Shown here: positions 30,849 to 32,000 of the stretch, in pieces | Layout of the letters: every line of letters starts with the position of its first letter | How positions within the stretch are numbered: position 1 is the stretch's first letter | Origin: Candidatus Saccharimonadota bacterium | GTDB taxonomy: Bacteria; Patescibacteriota; Saccharimonadia; Saccharimonadales; UBA4665 | Direction: 5' to 3' | DNA length: 32,000 nt | NCBI GenBank assembly: GCA_016700375.1 | Contig: CP065016.1 | Location: 420,001-452,000, forward strand | Notes under the pieces: generated by a model | What the model was told of the DNA's origin: nothing | The model's input: only the letters and a program-made list of their open reading frames with translations | The model's database searches: none | Translations under genes and position numbers: made by a program

Positions 30849-31712
30849 ATGAAAGTAAATAAAGTTACATTAAAGGATAATGCTTATCCTACAGTTCTAA
30901 AGGACATAGCGTCACCGCCAAAAGAACTATTCTACCTGGGGGCAGAGCCAGATGCTTGGCTGAGTCGGCCTCGTGTTGCCGTAGTCGGTAGCCGTGGAGT
31001 AACACCATACGGACGTACCGTGACCGAACAGCTTGTGGGGCAACTTGCAGAGCGGGGCATTACTATTGTGAGCGGCTTAGCACTGGGCGTTGACGCCATC
31101 GCTCACGAGGCAGCCTTGAGGCACGGTGGCCTACACATAGCTGTGCTCGCAAATGGACTCGACGAAATATACCCGGCCAGCAACACCAATCTCGCACGTC
31201 GTCTCCTGGAGCAGGGCGGTGCGATTATTTCAGAATATCCGGTGGGCACACCGAGCCTAAAGCAGCATTTTATTGCACGTAACCGGATTGTTGCCGGTCT
31301 GAGTAATGCGCTCCTAATCATCGAGGCAACCGACAAGAGCGGGACCCTACACACCGCACGTTTTGCGCTCGAGCAAGGGCGAGATGTGCTTGTTGTGCCG
31401 GGTAATATTACCAGCCCGAACAGCGTGGGGTGCAATCAGCTAATAAAATCAGGAGCAACTCCTGTCACCTCTGTTGATGACATCCTGTTTGCGCTAGGGA
31501 CAAAAAACCTCACCACAACCTCGTATGTACACAAGGGTGACACTGCCGACGAGCAGGCAATCCTTGACCTCCTCTATAACGGTGTCAGCGACGCGCATGA
31601 CCTCCTTGAGCAATCAAAGTTGAACCCAGCGCTTTTCACCCAAACACTCACCATGCTCGAACTCTCCGGCAAAATCCACCCACTCGGCGCAAACCACTGG
31701 GCGCCAAGTTAA
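30849..31712 (+). CDS. dprA: DNA-processing protein DprA (Smf)
   Basis: 287 aa. VAVVGSRGVTPYG, SGLALGVDAIAHEAAL, ARNRIVAGLS and GTLHTARFALEQGRDVLVVPG are canonical DprA Rossmann-fold blocks. Confidence 0.93.
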   Translation: MKVNKVTLKDNAYPTVLKDIASPPKELFYLGAEPDAWLSRPRVAVVGSRGVTPYGRTVTEQLVGQLAERGITIVSGLALGVDAIAHEAALRHGGLHIAVLANGLDEIYPASNTNLARRLLEQGGAIISEYPVGTPSLKQHFIARNRIVAGLSNALLIIEATDKSGTLHTARFALEQGRDVLVVPGNITSPNSVGCNQLIKSGATPVTSVDDILFALGTKNLTTTSYVHKGDTADEQAILDLLYNGVSDAHDLLEQSKLNPALFTQTLTMLELSGKIHPLGANHWAPS

Positions 31713-32000
31713 GGAGGACCTTGTCCTCCTCGCTGGTTCGGAATGAATCCGAACTCAGCTCTCCTCCTGCCCTAAAGCTCGGCTATCGCCTCGTTCGTGT
31801 GGGGTTATCAGGAAGCTTGTCTTAAGGAGGACCTTGTCCTCCTCGCTGGTTCGGAATGAATCCGAACTCAGCTCTCCTCCTGCCCTAAAGCTCGGCTATC
31901 GCCTCGTTCGTGTGGGGTTATCAGGAAGCTTGTCTTAAGGAGGACCTTGTCCTCCTCGCTGGTTCGGAATGAATCCGAACTCAGCTCTCCTCCTGCCCTA
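31709..32000 (+). repeat. family B: head-to-tail tandem array of a 113-bp unit (2.6 copies visible, runs off the window)
   Basis: AAGGAGGACCTTGTCCTCCTCGCTGGTTCGGAATGAATCCGAAC... starts at 31711, 31824 and 31937 (period 113) and the copies are apparently identical. The dprA stop TAA (31710-31712) overlaps the first unit. Confidence 0.95.

Noticed and set aside
31709-32000. Possible CRISPR array (regular repeats at the window end)
   Set aside because: The 113-bp units abut head-to-tail with no unique spacers. The unit is far longer than CRISPR repeats, and no cas genes are nearby. It is a tandem satellite-like repeat.

Overview
This is a bacterial chromosomal segment of about 50% GC. By inference only, the gene content points to a small-genome Gram-positive-type or Patescibacteria/Saccharibacteria-like organism. 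Supporting genes include a sortase, PEGA, DUF3048 and LysM proteins, and there are many candidate leaderless promoters.

The housekeeping backbone is gltX, der, pth, rlmH, an RsuA/RluB-type pseudouridine synthase, dprA and tRNA-Glu(CUC). It also carries two histidine-kinase/response-regulator pairs, a TrmB-type regulator, a TylF-type methyltransferase and an ABC exporter. Accessory content is a umuD-like/umuC-like translesion cassette, three IS elements (IS701-like, IS982-like, IS481-like), a PIN-domain gene with a candidate mini-antitoxin, and a LysM repeat protein.

The most unusual feature is the density of structured repeat families.
- Family A is a hairpin element whose arms are tandem heptamers. 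It sits in-frame inside umuC (two copies), the pseudouridine synthase and a small ORF. In each coding copy, the one heptamer in three that would create an in-frame stop is mutated. An intergenic copy with perfect heptamers supplies the der stop codon.
- Family B is a ~100-113 nt element with an SD/anti-SD hairpin. It occurs as a tandem array after dprA and as a single inverted copy inside the mutagenesis cassette.
- Family C is a ~65-nt conserved block plus TGCC-N3-GGCA hairpins whose outer stems covary.

A ~417-nt ORF-poor locus (30378-30794, minus strand) has a consensus promoter, an intrinsic terminator and several CUUG/GAAA-capped helices. It is a strong candidate for an unclassified structured ncRNA. 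No CRISPR array, rRNA or reverse transcriptase was seen.
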